Made by a program: the position numbers and the translations under genes
The notes under the pieces: generated by a model
Told to the model about the DNA's origin: nothing
Database searches by the model: none
What the model saw: only the letters and a program-made list of their open reading frames with translations
Assembly: GCA_965208835.1 (NCBI GenBank)
Contig: OZ242358.1
Coordinates: 576,001 to 640,000, forward strand
Source of the DNA: Candidatus Latescibacterota bacterium
Lineage (GTDB): Bacteria > Latescibacterota > UBA2968 > GCA-2709665
Direction: 5' to 3'
DNA length: 64,000 nt
In this document: positions 9,517 to 19,879 of the stretch, one piece after another
How the letters are laid out: every line of letters starts with the position of its first letter
How positions within the stretch are numbered: position 1 is the stretch's first letter

Positions 9517-9818
9517 ATTCCGTCCAGTGCCGTTTTTAGTCAAGCGACTGGCAATTCTCAATCCCGTATCTTGCCATTGAGGCCGCGATCCGTGAGCCTA
9601 ACCTTGATTCGTAAGTCTTCGGTGACGTTAATTCGAATATGTGCTTGTAAATAAAGGCGATTAGACAGCGGATTACCAGGATACACCGGGTCATTGGCCG
9701 TGAAGGAAAAAAATGTCCTTCTATACGTCGAAAACGCCCCGTTTCGGAGGGTTTTATCGCGTCGCCGCGTTGCTGTTTTTTTCGGATTGAGGCTAAGCCT
9801 CGAGATCATCGACGTGCG

Positions 9819-10628
9819 TTATTTTTCAACGACGAAGTGAACGTGGTTCGTTGCATCTCTGAACTGGGGCAACTCCGACGTTTCAGCCGCGAACTCCAGG
9901 ACGTTTTCGAATGCCTCCGGTTCATCCTTCCTGAGTGACTCGAACAGCGGCGCCATGCCTCCCAGGAATCCCTGCGCACCCGCATAGCTGATGATTCGCA
10001 GCCCCGCATCCTGAAGTTCCTCGTTGGCGATATCGGGGTTGGACCAGTGACATTCGGTGAATCCGGAGAGTTCATGGTCTTCAAATGCCTGTTCGCCGAG
10101 CATGCTCCGCAGAAAAGCGGGATTTCGGAAACGCTTCGGGAAATCGACGACACCACTTCTGAGCAGCCCCCACGAATTGAGAAAGGCTATTATTGCCCTG
10201 CCGCCCGGTTTCAGTATGCGGACCATCTCACGCAAGGCCTTTGATCGATCATCCCTCTTGATCAGGTGGTACAGAGGACCGAGAAGCAGTACGGCATCGA
10301 ACGATTCGTCGCGAAAACATGCAAGGTCGCGTGCATCACCCTTAATAAAGCGTTCCGCGCTGATTCCTTCCGATGTAAACGCTTGTTTTGCTCTCTCCAG
10401 CAGTTTTCCGGAAAGGTCGAACAGCGTCACCCGGTACCCGCGTCTGGCGAGTTCGATGGCGTAACGACCCGGTCCGCACCCGATGTCGCAAACGTCCCCG
10501 TTTTCGGGAAAGTATTTCTCAATCAGGCGCAGGGTGGCTGCGAACTCGACTCGCGAAAGCCCGGTATCCAGCCGTTCCCACTCGCGTTCAGGCGCCGCGT
10601 CGTAATAGTTCCTGACGTGCTTGCTCAT
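9819..10628 (-). CDS. Class I SAM-dependent methyltransferase (paralog B)
   Basis: Same length (269 aa) and same motifs as 7892-8701. Confidence 0.92.
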   Translation of the reverse strand: MSKHVRNYYDAAPEREWERLDTGLSRVEFAATLRLIEKYFPENGDVCDIGCGPGRYAIELARRGYRVTLFDLSGKLLERAKQAFTSEGISAERFIKGDARDLACFRDESFDAVLLLGPLYHLIKRDDRSKALREMVRILKPGGRAIIAFLNSWGLLRSGVVDFPKRFRNPAFLRSMLGEQAFEDHELSGFTECHWSNPDIANEELQDAGLRIISYAGAQGFLGGMAPLFESLRKDEPEAFENVLEFAAETSELPQFRDATNHVHFVVEK

Positions 10629-10760
10629 TCAGGGTTCAATACAACAAAACGGTTCCTGTCTGCAAGAACCGCGAATGCGAATTGGCGACCGGGCGCATGC
10701 GTCGAAACCTGCGTTATGGTATCACAGGCTGCCTGGCCGGGAGCAGGTCTGAGCGGATGT

Positions 10761-11051
10761 TCAAGCGCTCAAGGACTGGGCGACTGCTGCTGGGTTTTCG
10801 GAAGCGATCTTGAGAAGGGCACGGGCGGGACCCCTGGGACGGCGGCGCCCCTGCTCCCAATTTTGCAGAGTAGAGACGCTGACACCAATCATCAGCGCGA
10901 ACTCAGATTGGGATTGATTCAGTCTCTTTCGGATCAACCTGATATCTGCCGGATCCATCTGCGTCGTGCGCCCTGGCTCCAACGCTCCTCGCTTGATCTC
11001 TCCGGCCTGTTTGACGCTGGCCGCCAGTCGGGCAAAGTCGTGCTCATTCAT
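10761..11051 (-). CDS. HigA2/NadS-like HTH antitoxin
   Basis: IRKRLNQSQSEFALMIGVSVSTLQNWEQGRRRPRGPARALL; 4-bp overlap with the toxin gene. Confidence 0.9.
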   Translation of the reverse strand: MNEHDFARLAASVKQAGEIKRGALEPGRTTQMDPADIRLIRKRLNQSQSEFALMIGVSVSTLQNWEQGRRRPRGPARALLKIASENPAAVAQSLSA

Positions 11052-11365
11052 GCCAGATACTCCTTTACGAGTCTACCAAGCTGCCTGCACTGTTGAGGAG
11101 TGAGATCCTCCTGTCGGCTCTTGCGATACACCCACAACATATAAATGACTTCGGCCGGCCCATCCCAATAGTAAATCACCCGGAGACCACCCTGTTTGCC
11201 AGCGTGCGGCAATTTCCATCTAAGCTTTCGCAATCCACCACTGCGTTGAATGACCTCTCCTGACTCCGGGCGGAACAGGAGCGCCAGTTGCATCTTGCGG
11301 TAGCCGTCGTCGGGCACCAGAGTGACGATCTCCTTTGTGAAGATTGGCGTTTCAACAAAGATCAT
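11048..11365 (-). CDS. RelE/HigB2-family toxin
   Basis: MIFVETPIF...SGGLRKLRW...GKQGGLRVIYYW...YRKSRQEDLT. Confidence 0.9.
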   Translation of the reverse strand: MIFVETPIFTKEIVTLVPDDGYRKMQLALLFRPESGEVIQRSGGLRKLRWKLPHAGKQGGLRVIYYWDGPAEVIYMLWVYRKSRQEDLTPQQCRQLGRLVKEYLA

Positions 11366-11374
11366 GATAATGAT

Positions 11375-11403
11375 AGTATACGCCAATGGCGTATAAAATG
11401 CAA
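11375..11403 (-). promoter_or_regulatory. TA promoter with palindromic operator
   Basis: TTGCAT-17-TATACT on the minus strand; perfect inverted repeat TATACGCCA-A-TGGCGTATA at 11377-11395. Confidence 0.7.
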
Positions 11404-11499
11404 GGTCTTTACTCAAGCAGCACGACTAATTTCGCTATGTCCGAACCGCGAATACGTACATCGGTTTGTGGACGTCGTTGGCGTGACTACGGTAGGGTC

Positions 11500-12282
11500 T
11501 CAGAGGAAGTTGCGCAGCTCCAGCAGATTCCCGATCTCCGCAAATGGCTGGATCTCGCCGGGATCCCTGTCTTTCCGATTCACCCAGATTCCCCTGATTC
11601 CGGCCTCTTGCGCGCCGCCGATGTCTCTTCGGATATTGTCTCCTACCATCAGTATCTGCTCAGGTCCGGCATCAGCAAGTCGAAGCGCGTTCTCAAAGAA
11701 AAATGGATGGGGTTTGGCGAATCCGATGTCAGCCGAGACAAGCACGTCGTCGAAAAAATCCGTCAGACCGCTGGTCTCGAGTTTCAGTCGCTGCAGATCG
11801 GATGCGCCGTTTGTGGCCAGAACCAATCGAACCGCTCCTTCAAGTTCATCCAGTATCTCGGCTGTCTCCGGAAAACACTCGAACAGTCCCGTCCGGGTCT
11901 CGACAAATTCGTCAGCAAGGATCCGGGCCAGCCGTTCGTCATCGACACCCAGATCTTTCAGAGCCCGTGACCACGACTCGAACCGGTACGTTGGAGCCCA
12001 CTCCCGCAGCCAGACGAGGTTCTCATCCTCCCCGGCGAACCCGGCCCACAGGCCCTCCCAGGAACTGATCCCGACCCGGCGGCAGTAGTCGATTACCGGC
12101 GTTGAACGCCAGAGTTCGCCGGCCTGCTCCAGGACCCTGTCCCGGAGTTCAGGCGGATGGACGCCGGCGGCAGCGTTCGCGCGTTGTCCGGTCTGTTCGA
12201 GCGCCTTGATCGCAATCGGTTTTTCGAGAATGAGGGTTTCGTCAAGGTCGAATAGAATCGCTTGAACCGCAGTTCGGACCAT
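11500..12282 (-). CDS. HAD-family hydrolase
   Basis: FDLDETL, ATNG, KPHP, VGDN..RDIGGA. Confidence 0.9.
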   Translation of the reverse strand: MVRTAVQAILFDLDETLILEKPIAIKALEQTGQRANAAAGVHPPELRDRVLEQAGELWRSTPVIDYCRRVGISSWEGLWAGFAGEDENLVWLREWAPTYRFESWSRALKDLGVDDERLARILADEFVETRTGLFECFPETAEILDELEGAVRLVLATNGASDLQRLKLETSGLTDFFDDVLVSADIGFAKPHPFFFENALRLADAGPEQILMVGDNIRRDIGGAQEAGIRGIWVNRKDRDPGEIQPFAEIGNLLELRNFL

Positions 12283-12337
12283 TAGTTTTCTCGATTTCCA
12301 CCATCTTGAATGATGTCCGGCCGATTGCAAACTTGAA

Positions 12338-13138
12338 TCAGCCCGCAGGTTGACGCTGCGCGGCTTCCCATAGTGCCGGCACGTCCTGGGCACTTTCGAT
12401 TTCGGGGAAATACCGTGCCATGTTGTCAGCGCAGATCGATTGGACCATGTCGGCGACGTAGGACGGATCGACGAGAGACTCGATTCGTTCGTGCCAGGTA
12501 CTGCGGTTCTGATGTCCGCTTCCCGCGTCGAGCGTGTCCACGGGTATCTGCAGGAAGTCTGCCAGTCGCCGATGCGAACAGGCCAGTTCGTGGGTCCTGA
12601 TCACCAGCCGCCGGTCCGGCGGGATTGAATGGCACCTGTCCACGTGCCCGTTCCATGTATGAAGGAAGGCCTCAGCCGAATCCAGCCCTCTCTCCGCAAG
12701 GGCGCGATCGTGACGCGAGTGGGGATATCGTTCCGGTTTGGTCCACCAGGGGAGGAAGTCCAGGATTTCAGAGGGCATCTCGCGGCTGACGAGGTGCCCG
12801 ACGGCCGATTGAAGCCACGAATAACAGTCGCGAATGAGAACGATGAACTTCGCGGCAGGGAAGACGTCCAGCAAGTGGCCGATGATGAACTGGTTCGCCC
12901 ACGAGACATCGTATTCCAGGTTGAGCCGGTCATCGCGCTCGACGAGAAACTCTCGAAATGCGAGGGCTGAGACTTCGCCTCGGGATTCTCCGAGTATCAT
13001 ATCAAGCAACTCCGGTCGCTCTGGTTCGTGTGCCGCGCGGTAATTCGCTGAAAGCAGACCGACGAGAGATGCCGTACCGGACTTCGCCTGCCCGACGCAG
13101 AAGGCCTTGACCCGAACTGGCCTGTGATTAACGGTCAT
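12338..13138 (-). CDS. Sulfotransferase-family (P-loop-like) protein
   Basis: FCVGQAKSGTASL PAPS-binding loop; FP.AKFIVLIRD..SW..S. Confidence 0.75.
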   Translation of the reverse strand: MTVNHRPVRVKAFCVGQAKSGTASLVGLLSANYRAAHEPERPELLDMILGESRGEVSALAFREFLVERDDRLNLEYDVSWANQFIIGHLLDVFPAAKFIVLIRDCYSWLQSAVGHLVSREMPSEILDFLPWWTKPERYPHSRHDRALAERGLDSAEAFLHTWNGHVDRCHSIPPDRRLVIRTHELACSHRRLADFLQIPVDTLDAGSGHQNRSTWHERIESLVDPSYVADMVQSICADNMARYFPEIESAQDVPALWEAAQRQPAG

Positions 13139-13224
13139 GGAATTCCCGAGAGTGCTTGTATCGGTAACGATGTTGTCCTCGAATATCGTACATCGAAACC
13201 AAATGTCGCGCCGAATTTCCCAAG

Positions 13225-13869
13225 TCACGATTCAAGCGGTGGAAGGTCAATTGGGGTCAGCACGCCGAAAAAGCCATACTTGATTCCAGAAGGATCTCCT
13301 TTGCCGGGTGGAAAGTACTCCTCTATCAGTTCCAGGAGCCGACGGTTGAATTCGGCCGCCTGCCGTTCCGAAAGTCGAGCGCGGTTATGGTTGACGGAGC
13401 TTTGAAATCTCGGCCCGAATATGCCGTCCGCACTCTCCCGAAACGCCTGGTTGAACTGGCAGGCCACTTCTGAAGATACCGCCTCAGTGGATTCGGCATC
13501 ATTGTCGCCTGGGTCCGGGAATCGGATTCTGGCTGCCGCCGGGAGACAACGCCAGGCCCTCGGGTCGCCACCGTTCTGCTGAAGATGTACGATATCTGAT
13601 TCCGCAAGTCGCTCCAGGTGGCGGAGGATGCGGGAATCAGTCACACCCAACGTCGACGAAATCTCCGCCACGGTCTTCCCTTCCCCGAGAGTTTCCAGGA
13701 TGCGCCGGCGAAGGGGGTCAGCGAGCAAACGGACTCGTTCGTCATCGACGACAAGCAGAGATTCCCTTCCGGTTTCAACCGTGAATGTCAATTCGATCCA
13801 ACCCACCATCCGGATCCTCCATCGGAATGTCGTTGCCGTTGTGGTACTCCAGCTGAGGATTAACTCCAC
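13225..13869 (-). CDS. ArsR-like winged-helix regulator (start uncertain)
   Basis: LADPLRRRILETL...TVAEIS..LG......RHLERL. Confidence 0.75.
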   Translation of the reverse strand: MELILSWSTTTATTFRWRIRMVGWIELTFTVETGRESLLVVDDERVRLLADPLRRRILETLGEGKTVAEISSTLGVTDSRILRHLERLAESDIVHLQQNGGDPRAWRCLPAAARIRFPDPGDNDAESTEAVSSEVACQFNQAFRESADGIFGPRFQSSVNHNRARLSERQAAEFNRRLLELIEEYFPPGKGDPSGIKYGFFGVLTPIDLPPLES

Positions 13870-13884
13870 GACAATGGCGCGAGA

Positions 13885-14583
13885 TCATCTGCGACCGACC
13901 CCTAATAGTGGAGGCAGGTCCGCCAACGAAGTAATCTCGTAATCAGCCTGTATCCAGGAGTCGTTTCTCCGGCCTTCGCGATTCAACCACACGGTAGGCG
14001 CTCCGGCATGTCTCGCTCCCGCAACGTCGTTTTCCAGAGAATCTCCCACGTGCAGAAGCTGCTCCAGCTGACAGCCCGCACGTCGCGCGGTGATCTGAAA
14101 GATCCGTGGATCGGGCTTCTCAAAACGCACATCCTGGGAGTATACAACAAAGGCGAATCGTCCTTCAAGTCCGCATTGTTCGGGGTAGCTGTTCCCGTTT
14201 GACAGAAGTCCGATCTTGAAATGCGGCGATAGAATGTCGAGAGCCGGCGCCACGTCCGGATACAACTCGATGTCTTCAAAACGGTGCTTCCGATATACCT
14301 CATTCAAATCAATTGCCAGGCTGCTGTCGTGACAGCCAACCCGCTCGAGCGTCCTCTCAAATGCAATCCGTCGGATCTCCGAGAGATTCCAGACCTTGCC
14401 CCGCAGTTCCTCGGCAATCTGATCGCGAATGCCAATCATTTCGTCTACGGTGAGACGCGATGCGTGTTCTGTAGGCGCCATTCTGCGCAATTCCACCAAT
14501 GCGTGTTTCAGTGAATGTCTCATGACCTTATGAAAGTCCCACAGGGTCATGTCCCCATCGAATGAAATCGCTGAAATGCGCAA
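13885..14583 (-). CDS. HAD-family hydrolase
   Basis: FDGDMTL, SNGN, KPDPRIF, HVGDSLENDVAGA. Confidence 0.9.
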   Translation of the reverse strand: MRISAISFDGDMTLWDFHKVMRHSLKHALVELRRMAPTEHASRLTVDEMIGIRDQIAEELRGKVWNLSEIRRIAFERTLERVGCHDSSLAIDLNEVYRKHRFEDIELYPDVAPALDILSPHFKIGLLSNGNSYPEQCGLEGRFAFVVYSQDVRFEKPDPRIFQITARRAGCQLEQLLHVGDSLENDVAGARHAGAPTVWLNREGRRNDSWIQADYEITSLADLPPLLGVGRR

Positions 14584-14607
14584 GGTTTGCGCCTCCTGAT
14601 ATCTTAT

Positions 14608-15054
14608 CTACGCCGCATCTCCGCTGGCGCCGCGCAACGCACCCATCTTCGCCATCCTGGCAATCAACGCGGTTCCGACCGCCGAGGCTGAACTCAGTAT
14701 CGTCACGGCGCCGACGGTTACAACGCCCCACAACCAGAGCGGAAGGGCGGGATTCACCGTCCCTACCAGAAAGGGAAGTACGCCTACCAGTAAGCCACTC
14801 GCGGCTCCCCACGCACCGACTCGCGATAGCGTCAACGCATCGAGCCTGCGCCGGCTCTCCGCGATTCTGACCACCGCGGAAAAGACCGCCCCGCAAAGAA
14901 AGCCCGGGTACGACCCGATCGCCACCCACATTTCATCCATGGAACCGCCTGGGTCCACGATGATCCCTGTCAGCACGCCAACGGGCGACCATACCACGGC
15001 CCAGCCCACGGCTACGAGGACGACAACGACGATGCGTCTGAAGTACACATTCAT
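14608..15054 (-). CDS. Hypothetical membrane protein (about 4 TM)
   Basis: Four hydrophobic segments; GGAG SD; fits gene spacing. Confidence 0.7.
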   Translation of the reverse strand: MNVYFRRIVVVVLVAVGWAVVWSPVGVLTGIIVDPGGSMDEMWVAIGSYPGFLCGAVFSAVVRIAESRRRLDALTLSRVGAWGAASGLLVGVLPFLVGTVNPALPLWLWGVVTVGAVTILSSASAVGTALIARMAKMGALRGASGDAA

Positions 15055-15155
15055 CGGCTAACTCTCCGTTTGCGCTTGTTCGTTTTTCGCGATTACTTCT
15101 GTCATTCTCGAGTCTGGCGTCGCGTGTTGAAGCGGTTCCGGCAGCTTCTGAATGC

Positions 15156-15539
15156 CTAAATATCCACTTGGTAGTTCAACGCGGCTTCGTCCCCCGTCAT
15201 TCCGCGGAATCCCCAATTGCCGGCAGGAGTCTCGAACAGGGTGATCTCCACGTCAATCGTCGCAATACCCAAATTCTCCTCAATTCGGTCGAACAAAAGG
15301 CGGATGAGCTTCTTCCTGGCTTCGGCTGACCGTCCTTCCATCAGAGAAATCTCAATTACCGTGTACGCATCCGTACGGCCATCGGGATAGAAAAAGTCCT
15401 CAGGATCCATTGGAATGAAGCGATGAGCGCGCTTGTCACCCGGAAATGACAGGGCGTCAACCATACATTCGTTGATCACATCAGATAACTTCGCCTTGAT
15501 TGGATCCAGATGGTTTCTCAGTCCGTAGACTCGAATCAC
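15156..15539 (-). CDS. Tautomerase-family protein
   Basis: KRAHRF...YTVIEISLMEGRS.EARKKLI...ETP..NWGFRG. Confidence 0.85.
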   Translation of the reverse strand: MIRVYGLRNHLDPIKAKLSDVINECMVDALSFPGDKRAHRFIPMDPEDFFYPDGRTDAYTVIEISLMEGRSAEARKKLIRLLFDRIEENLGIATIDVEITLFETPAGNWGFRGMTGDEAALNYQVDI

Positions 15540-15834
15540 GCGGTACCTCCGTCCGAGTGAATGTATCAGCGAATCCGTCAGGCTTCGCTTTCACCCGGAA
15601 TCAACTCGCCGGCTGTCTGGTGCCGGATCGTTCCAACACAACCGGCAGATTCCTGCTTTCTTGACTGCTCTCGTCGAGTCGAGACAATTTACTTGGGAGC
15701 TTTTTCGTGTTCCTATGCGTTTTTTTGGTCCCGAATTTCGGTATCGTCGGACCTGTGTGACAATCGGGTGCAGGTTAATCGATATACCAATATTCATGAT
15801 CGTATCGACCTGTAATGATCGTATTCCCAATATA

Positions 15835-15858
15835 TAAAAAATGCCCCAAAGGGGGCAT
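15835..15858 (-). terminator. Rho-independent terminator downstream of hicA
   Basis: ATGCCCC-4nt-GGGGCAT stem followed by a T-run on the minus strand. Confidence 0.6.
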
Positions 15859-15888
15859 CATCTTGTTTCGAATTCGACTGACGGAATC

Positions 15889-16113
15889 TTACGTTCGAAG
15901 GAAGTCTTCCGTCGTTACTCCGGCTTGTTTTAGAATCGAGGCTAATGTACCCTCCGGCAGATCTCCAGAGTGATTGGGAATCGTCGTTCGACGTCGAGTG
16001 ACGGGATTCCACCAAATCTCATGACTGCCTCGTGCGTGTCGGTCAAATGTGAATCCCAACCGCCTCAATCTTCGGATTAACTGTCTATATGTGAAACCCG
16101 CGAGCCGGCCCAT
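15889..16113 (-). CDS. hicA: HicA-family toxin
   Basis: LRRLGF...RHARGSHEIW...TTIPNHSGDLPEGTLASILKQAG. Confidence 0.9.
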   Translation of the reverse strand: MGRLAGFTYRQLIRRLRRLGFTFDRHARGSHEIWWNPVTRRRTTIPNHSGDLPEGTLASILKQAGVTTEDFLRT

Positions 16114-16358
16114 CAAACACCTACGGGAATATCCAACTCCACGACGTCCATATTTATCGCATGCAAACCATCCGGCAGCGGGTCGCCATGTTCCCTGCAG
16201 GATTCGACAAGCTTCCTGGCAACATCTTGAGCGATTTCAACCGTCTCGGCCACTGTTCGTCCCTGCGCCACAAGTCCGTCGAAATCTTCGGAGGTAGCCA
16301 GGAATTGACCGTTTTCTACTCGCCTGATTTGAAGACGAAGCCGGTATTCCACTGACAT
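16113..16358 (-). CDS. hicB: Short HicB-like antitoxin (no DNA-binding domain)
   Basis: LATSEDFDGLVAQGRTVAETVEIAQDV; overlaps hicA start. Confidence 0.8.
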   Translation of the reverse strand: MSVEYRLRLQIRRVENGQFLATSEDFDGLVAQGRTVAETVEIAQDVARKLVESCREHGDPLPDGLHAINMDVVELDIPVGV

Positions 16359-16537
16359 TTTCTGCTCCTGTTGGATGCGATGTACCCGATAAGATAGACT
16401 CTACGTTCTGTAATATTTCAGGTTTGAGGGGTTTTGGGCAGGGCCCCTGTGTATGTCTTCAAGCGGACCGAAGGTGGCTACGATGTGAGAAGCCCGATAT
16501 TGCGCCAATCGTAAAGCAATGTTCTCCATTCGATCCC

Positions 16538-19500
16538 CTAAACAATCAGCGCGGTGGCTTTTTCCTTGAGCGCGGGCAGGAGTTCGTCCGCCGCTCGTTC
16601 GAGCGCGGCGAATGCCTCATTCACGTCTTCCAGGTCCCCTACGCGCGCCATGTCTTCCAGCCTCAGCGCCGCCTCCACGGTAGAATTGGCTAGAAACACG
16701 GCCGCCGAGCCCTTCAGCGTGTGCGCCGCGCGCCGCAGCAGGGTGCTGTCGCCGTGGCCGATCGCCCGTTTCATTTCTTCAATGTGCCTGGCGTATTCGG
16801 TAACAAAAAGCCCGGCAAGTTCAGCCAGAATCGCCTCGTTGCCGCCAACCTGCTCCAGCGCACCCTGCCAGTCCAGCGTGCCGTCGTTGGCGACGGGTTC
16901 CGCCGGCGGTGCATCGTCCGATGGGACGTTGTTCTCCACGATATCGTAGAGGTCTCCCGCACGGATGGGTTTGGGGAGATAATCGTCCATCCCCTCTTCC
17001 AGACACCGTTCTCTGTCGCCCTGCATCACGTGGGCCGTCATCGCCGCAATTCGAACGTGCTCGCCCGACGACCGTTCGCCTTCCCTGATAATCCGCGTTG
17101 CCTCCAGCCCGTCCATCTCCGGCATCTGGATATCCATGAGGATCAGATCGAACGTCTCGTTCTCCAGCGCAGCGAGTGCTTCCTTGCCGTTGTTGACGGC
17201 CGTAACCTGATGGCCGCGCGGCTCGAGCAGGTCCACAATCACTTTCCGGTTGACCAGGCCGTCCTCGGCCAACAGGACGCGACGCCTGTCGGCGGGCGGT
17301 ACCGGTTCCAGGATTCTCGGGACGTCCACGGTTTCGACAACGCTTACCTCCAGGGCTTCCAGCGCGGCATCGAGCAGATCGGACTGCTTGACCGGCTTCG
17401 TCAGACTTCGGGCAAGCCCCAACGCGTCACATCGCACGGCGTCGTGGGTTCTTCCAGCCGAAGAAAGAATCAGTATCGGTACATCCTTCGCCGCGGGATC
17501 TTCCCGAAGGCGCTCCGCCAGCGCGAATCCGTCCATATCCGGCATCACCGCGTCCAGAAGAAACAGATTAAACGGCTGATTCGCTTTGCCGGCCCTCCGA
17601 AGCGTGTCGAGCGCCGCCGGACCCGAGTCCGCGACCTCGATATCCATGCCCCAGGTTCCCAGCATCTCCTCAAATATGAACCGGTTTGTACGGTTGTTGT
17701 CCACCACCAGCGCGCGAAGGCCCACCAGGGTCTGCAGGTCGGCCGCGGACCGTTTCGCCAACGGGGGTTGCGCCTCGAAGACTGCCGTAAAATAAAACGA
17801 ACTCCCCTTGTCCGGTTCGCTTTCCACCCACATCCGTCCGCCCATCATCGCGGCGAGCTGCGATGAAATCGCCAGGCCCAGCCCCGTGCCGCCGAACCTC
17901 CTTGAAGTGGAAGAGTCGACCTGGCTGAACGAGTCGAAAATCAATCGCTGATCTTCGGGCGCGATGCCGATGCCCGTGTCGCGCACAAAAAACCTCAGAC
18001 TGACGGTGTCTTCCTCACGGGCGTCCACTTTCACATCGACCAGCACGTCGCCGTTCGCGGTAAACTTGATGGCATTGTCCACCAGGTTGATCACGATCTG
18101 CCTAAGACGGCCGGGGTCGCCGACGAGCCGGTCCGGAACGTCGGGTGCGATATGGCACGCCAACTCCAGTCCCTTTTGCGTTGCTTTGACCGCGAGCGTC
18201 TGCACGGTATCCCCAAGCGTATCCCGGAGGTCGAAGCCGATCGACTCCAGATCCAGCCGGTTCACCTCCAGCTTGGAAAAATCGAGGATATCGTTCAGCA
18301 GCGCCAGCAGCGCCTCGGAAGACTGCCTCGTCAACTTGAGATACTCGCGCTGCTGGGGCGTCAGGTCCGTGTTGCCCAGCAACTCCGTCATCCCCATGAT
18401 GCCGTTCATCGGCGTGCGGATCTCGTGGCTCATATTGGCCAGAAATTCGCTTTTTGCGCGATTCGCCTTCTCCGCGGTGTCTTTTGCCGTCTGCAGCTCC
18501 GCGCCCGAACGCTCCAGGGCGACGGTGCTCGTCTTCAGCGCTTCGTTGGCTTCGCGCTCGGCGGCTGCCGTATTCTCGAGTTGCCGGTTCTTTTCCTGAA
18601 GCTGAATCTCAGCGCGCTTGCGCAGCGTGATATCCCGAACCGTGCCGATCATATGTACGGACTGCCCCGCCCTGTCGCCGAAAATGCGGCCCTTGTTGCC
18701 GAGCCATCGAATCTTCCCGTTCGGCCAGACCACCCGGTGCTCCACTTCAAAGCCCACCCCTTCCTTGATCGTGCGCCGCACCGAGCCGCGGACCATCTCC
18801 CGGTCTTCGGGATGCACGAGTTCGTAGAACGCCTCGCGCGTGCCTTCGAATTCCTCCGGTTTCAGGCCGAACAGCGGCGCTACCAGGTCCGACCATACGA
18901 GTTCTCCGGTGAGCAGATTGGAGTCCCAACTGCCCATATGGGCGGCTTCCATTGCCAGCTTCAGACGGGCTTCACTTTCCCGCAACGCCTCCTCCGAACG
19001 CTTCCGTTCGGAGTCCAGATAAGCGAGCGAGCGGGCGTACCACCAGATCAGGATATTCAGTGCGACGATCACCCCCAGAGAGAACAGCGACATCCCAGAC
19101 TCGAACCCCAATATCACTTCTCCATGAGGCCAGAGCCAGCCCAGCGCCAGTGGAATCAGGAAAGCGGCAGGCAACAGCCGGCGCGCCATTGACCCTCCGG
19201 CCGTCGAACTGACGATTGTGGTGGTCGGTTCAAGGTCTGGCCGGGACAGAAACACACCGATGCACAACAGCCCGAAAGTGAGCGTTGTTACGGCGCTCAT
19301 CTGGAGATCCCAGGTCACTTCTCTCGGGGAAAGCGCCAGGTAAAAGTGTCCGACCGCATAACCGCACGATACGATCGATGCAATAGACAGACACGTCTGC
19401 GCCGGCCAGGCGTTCCCGCGCACCCTGAAATGCCAGAGAAACAGCGCCAGGCCGATCAGCGCGAAGTTACACGCTTCATTGCGCAGCATATGCCCGGCAC

Positions 19501-19810
19501 CCGCGCCGAAACCGATAAACACGGGTCCCGCGCCAATCAGCTCCAGAATCCCGAAGACCACGACGACCGCGGCGATTGCCTTCCCCAGGAACTGCCTGCG
19601 CGCGGAAGACCCGCCGCTACGCAGCAGCCACAGCGCCACGCCGGTGAGTACGAACATGCCAGCCGTCAACAAAGACATCCATTCGGCCACGGGCGCGCTG
19701 ACCAGCCATCCGGAGAATACCAGGATGGACAGCATGACGACGATCAGATTGGCGGTCTGCGCGGCAATCGCGGCGATTCGCACCAGACGCGGGTCTGCGT
19801 AATCGTCCAT
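16538..19810 (-). CDS. Membrane hybrid histidine kinase (TM-PAS-HisKA-HATPase-REC-REC-Hpt)
   Basis: Several TM helices; PAS VHPEDRE; H-box FLANMSHEIRTPMNG; NLVDNAIKFT; DTGIGI; GGTGLGL; two REC domains (LDAVMP, MDIQMP); Hpt AHTLKGS. Confidence 0.95.
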   Translation of the reverse strand: MDDYADPRLVRIAAIAAQTANLIVVMLSILVFSGWLVSAPVAEWMSLLTAGMFVLTGVALWLLRSGGSSARRQFLGKAIAAVVVVFGILELIGAGPVFIGFGAGAGHMLRNEACNFALIGLALFLWHFRVRGNAWPAQTCLSIASIVSCGYAVGHFYLALSPREVTWDLQMSAVTTLTFGLLCIGVFLSRPDLEPTTTIVSSTAGGSMARRLLPAAFLIPLALGWLWPHGEVILGFESGMSLFSLGVIVALNILIWWYARSLAYLDSERKRSEEALRESEARLKLAMEAAHMGSWDSNLLTGELVWSDLVAPLFGLKPEEFEGTREAFYELVHPEDREMVRGSVRRTIKEGVGFEVEHRVVWPNGKIRWLGNKGRIFGDRAGQSVHMIGTVRDITLRKRAEIQLQEKNRQLENTAAAEREANEALKTSTVALERSGAELQTAKDTAEKANRAKSEFLANMSHEIRTPMNGIMGMTELLGNTDLTPQQREYLKLTRQSSEALLALLNDILDFSKLEVNRLDLESIGFDLRDTLGDTVQTLAVKATQKGLELACHIAPDVPDRLVGDPGRLRQIVINLVDNAIKFTANGDVLVDVKVDAREEDTVSLRFFVRDTGIGIAPEDQRLIFDSFSQVDSSTSRRFGGTGLGLAISSQLAAMMGGRMWVESEPDKGSSFYFTAVFEAQPPLAKRSAADLQTLVGLRALVVDNNRTNRFIFEEMLGTWGMDIEVADSGPAALDTLRRAGKANQPFNLFLLDAVMPDMDGFALAERLREDPAAKDVPILILSSAGRTHDAVRCDALGLARSLTKPVKQSDLLDAALEALEVSVVETVDVPRILEPVPPADRRRVLLAEDGLVNRKVIVDLLEPRGHQVTAVNNGKEALAALENETFDLILMDIQMPEMDGLEATRIIREGERSSGEHVRIAAMTAHVMQGDRERCLEEGMDDYLPKPIRAGDLYDIVENNVPSDDAPPAEPVANDGTLDWQGALEQVGGNEAILAELAGLFVTEYARHIEEMKRAIGHGDSTLLRRAAHTLKGSAAVFLANSTVEAALRLEDMARVGDLEDVNEAFAALERAADELLPALKEKATALIV

Positions 19811-19879
19811 TTCAGTGCTTCCTGTCGTTTTGTCCCGGAGACAGTTCGTCGAATGGGAACAAATCCAGGGGACGGGACA

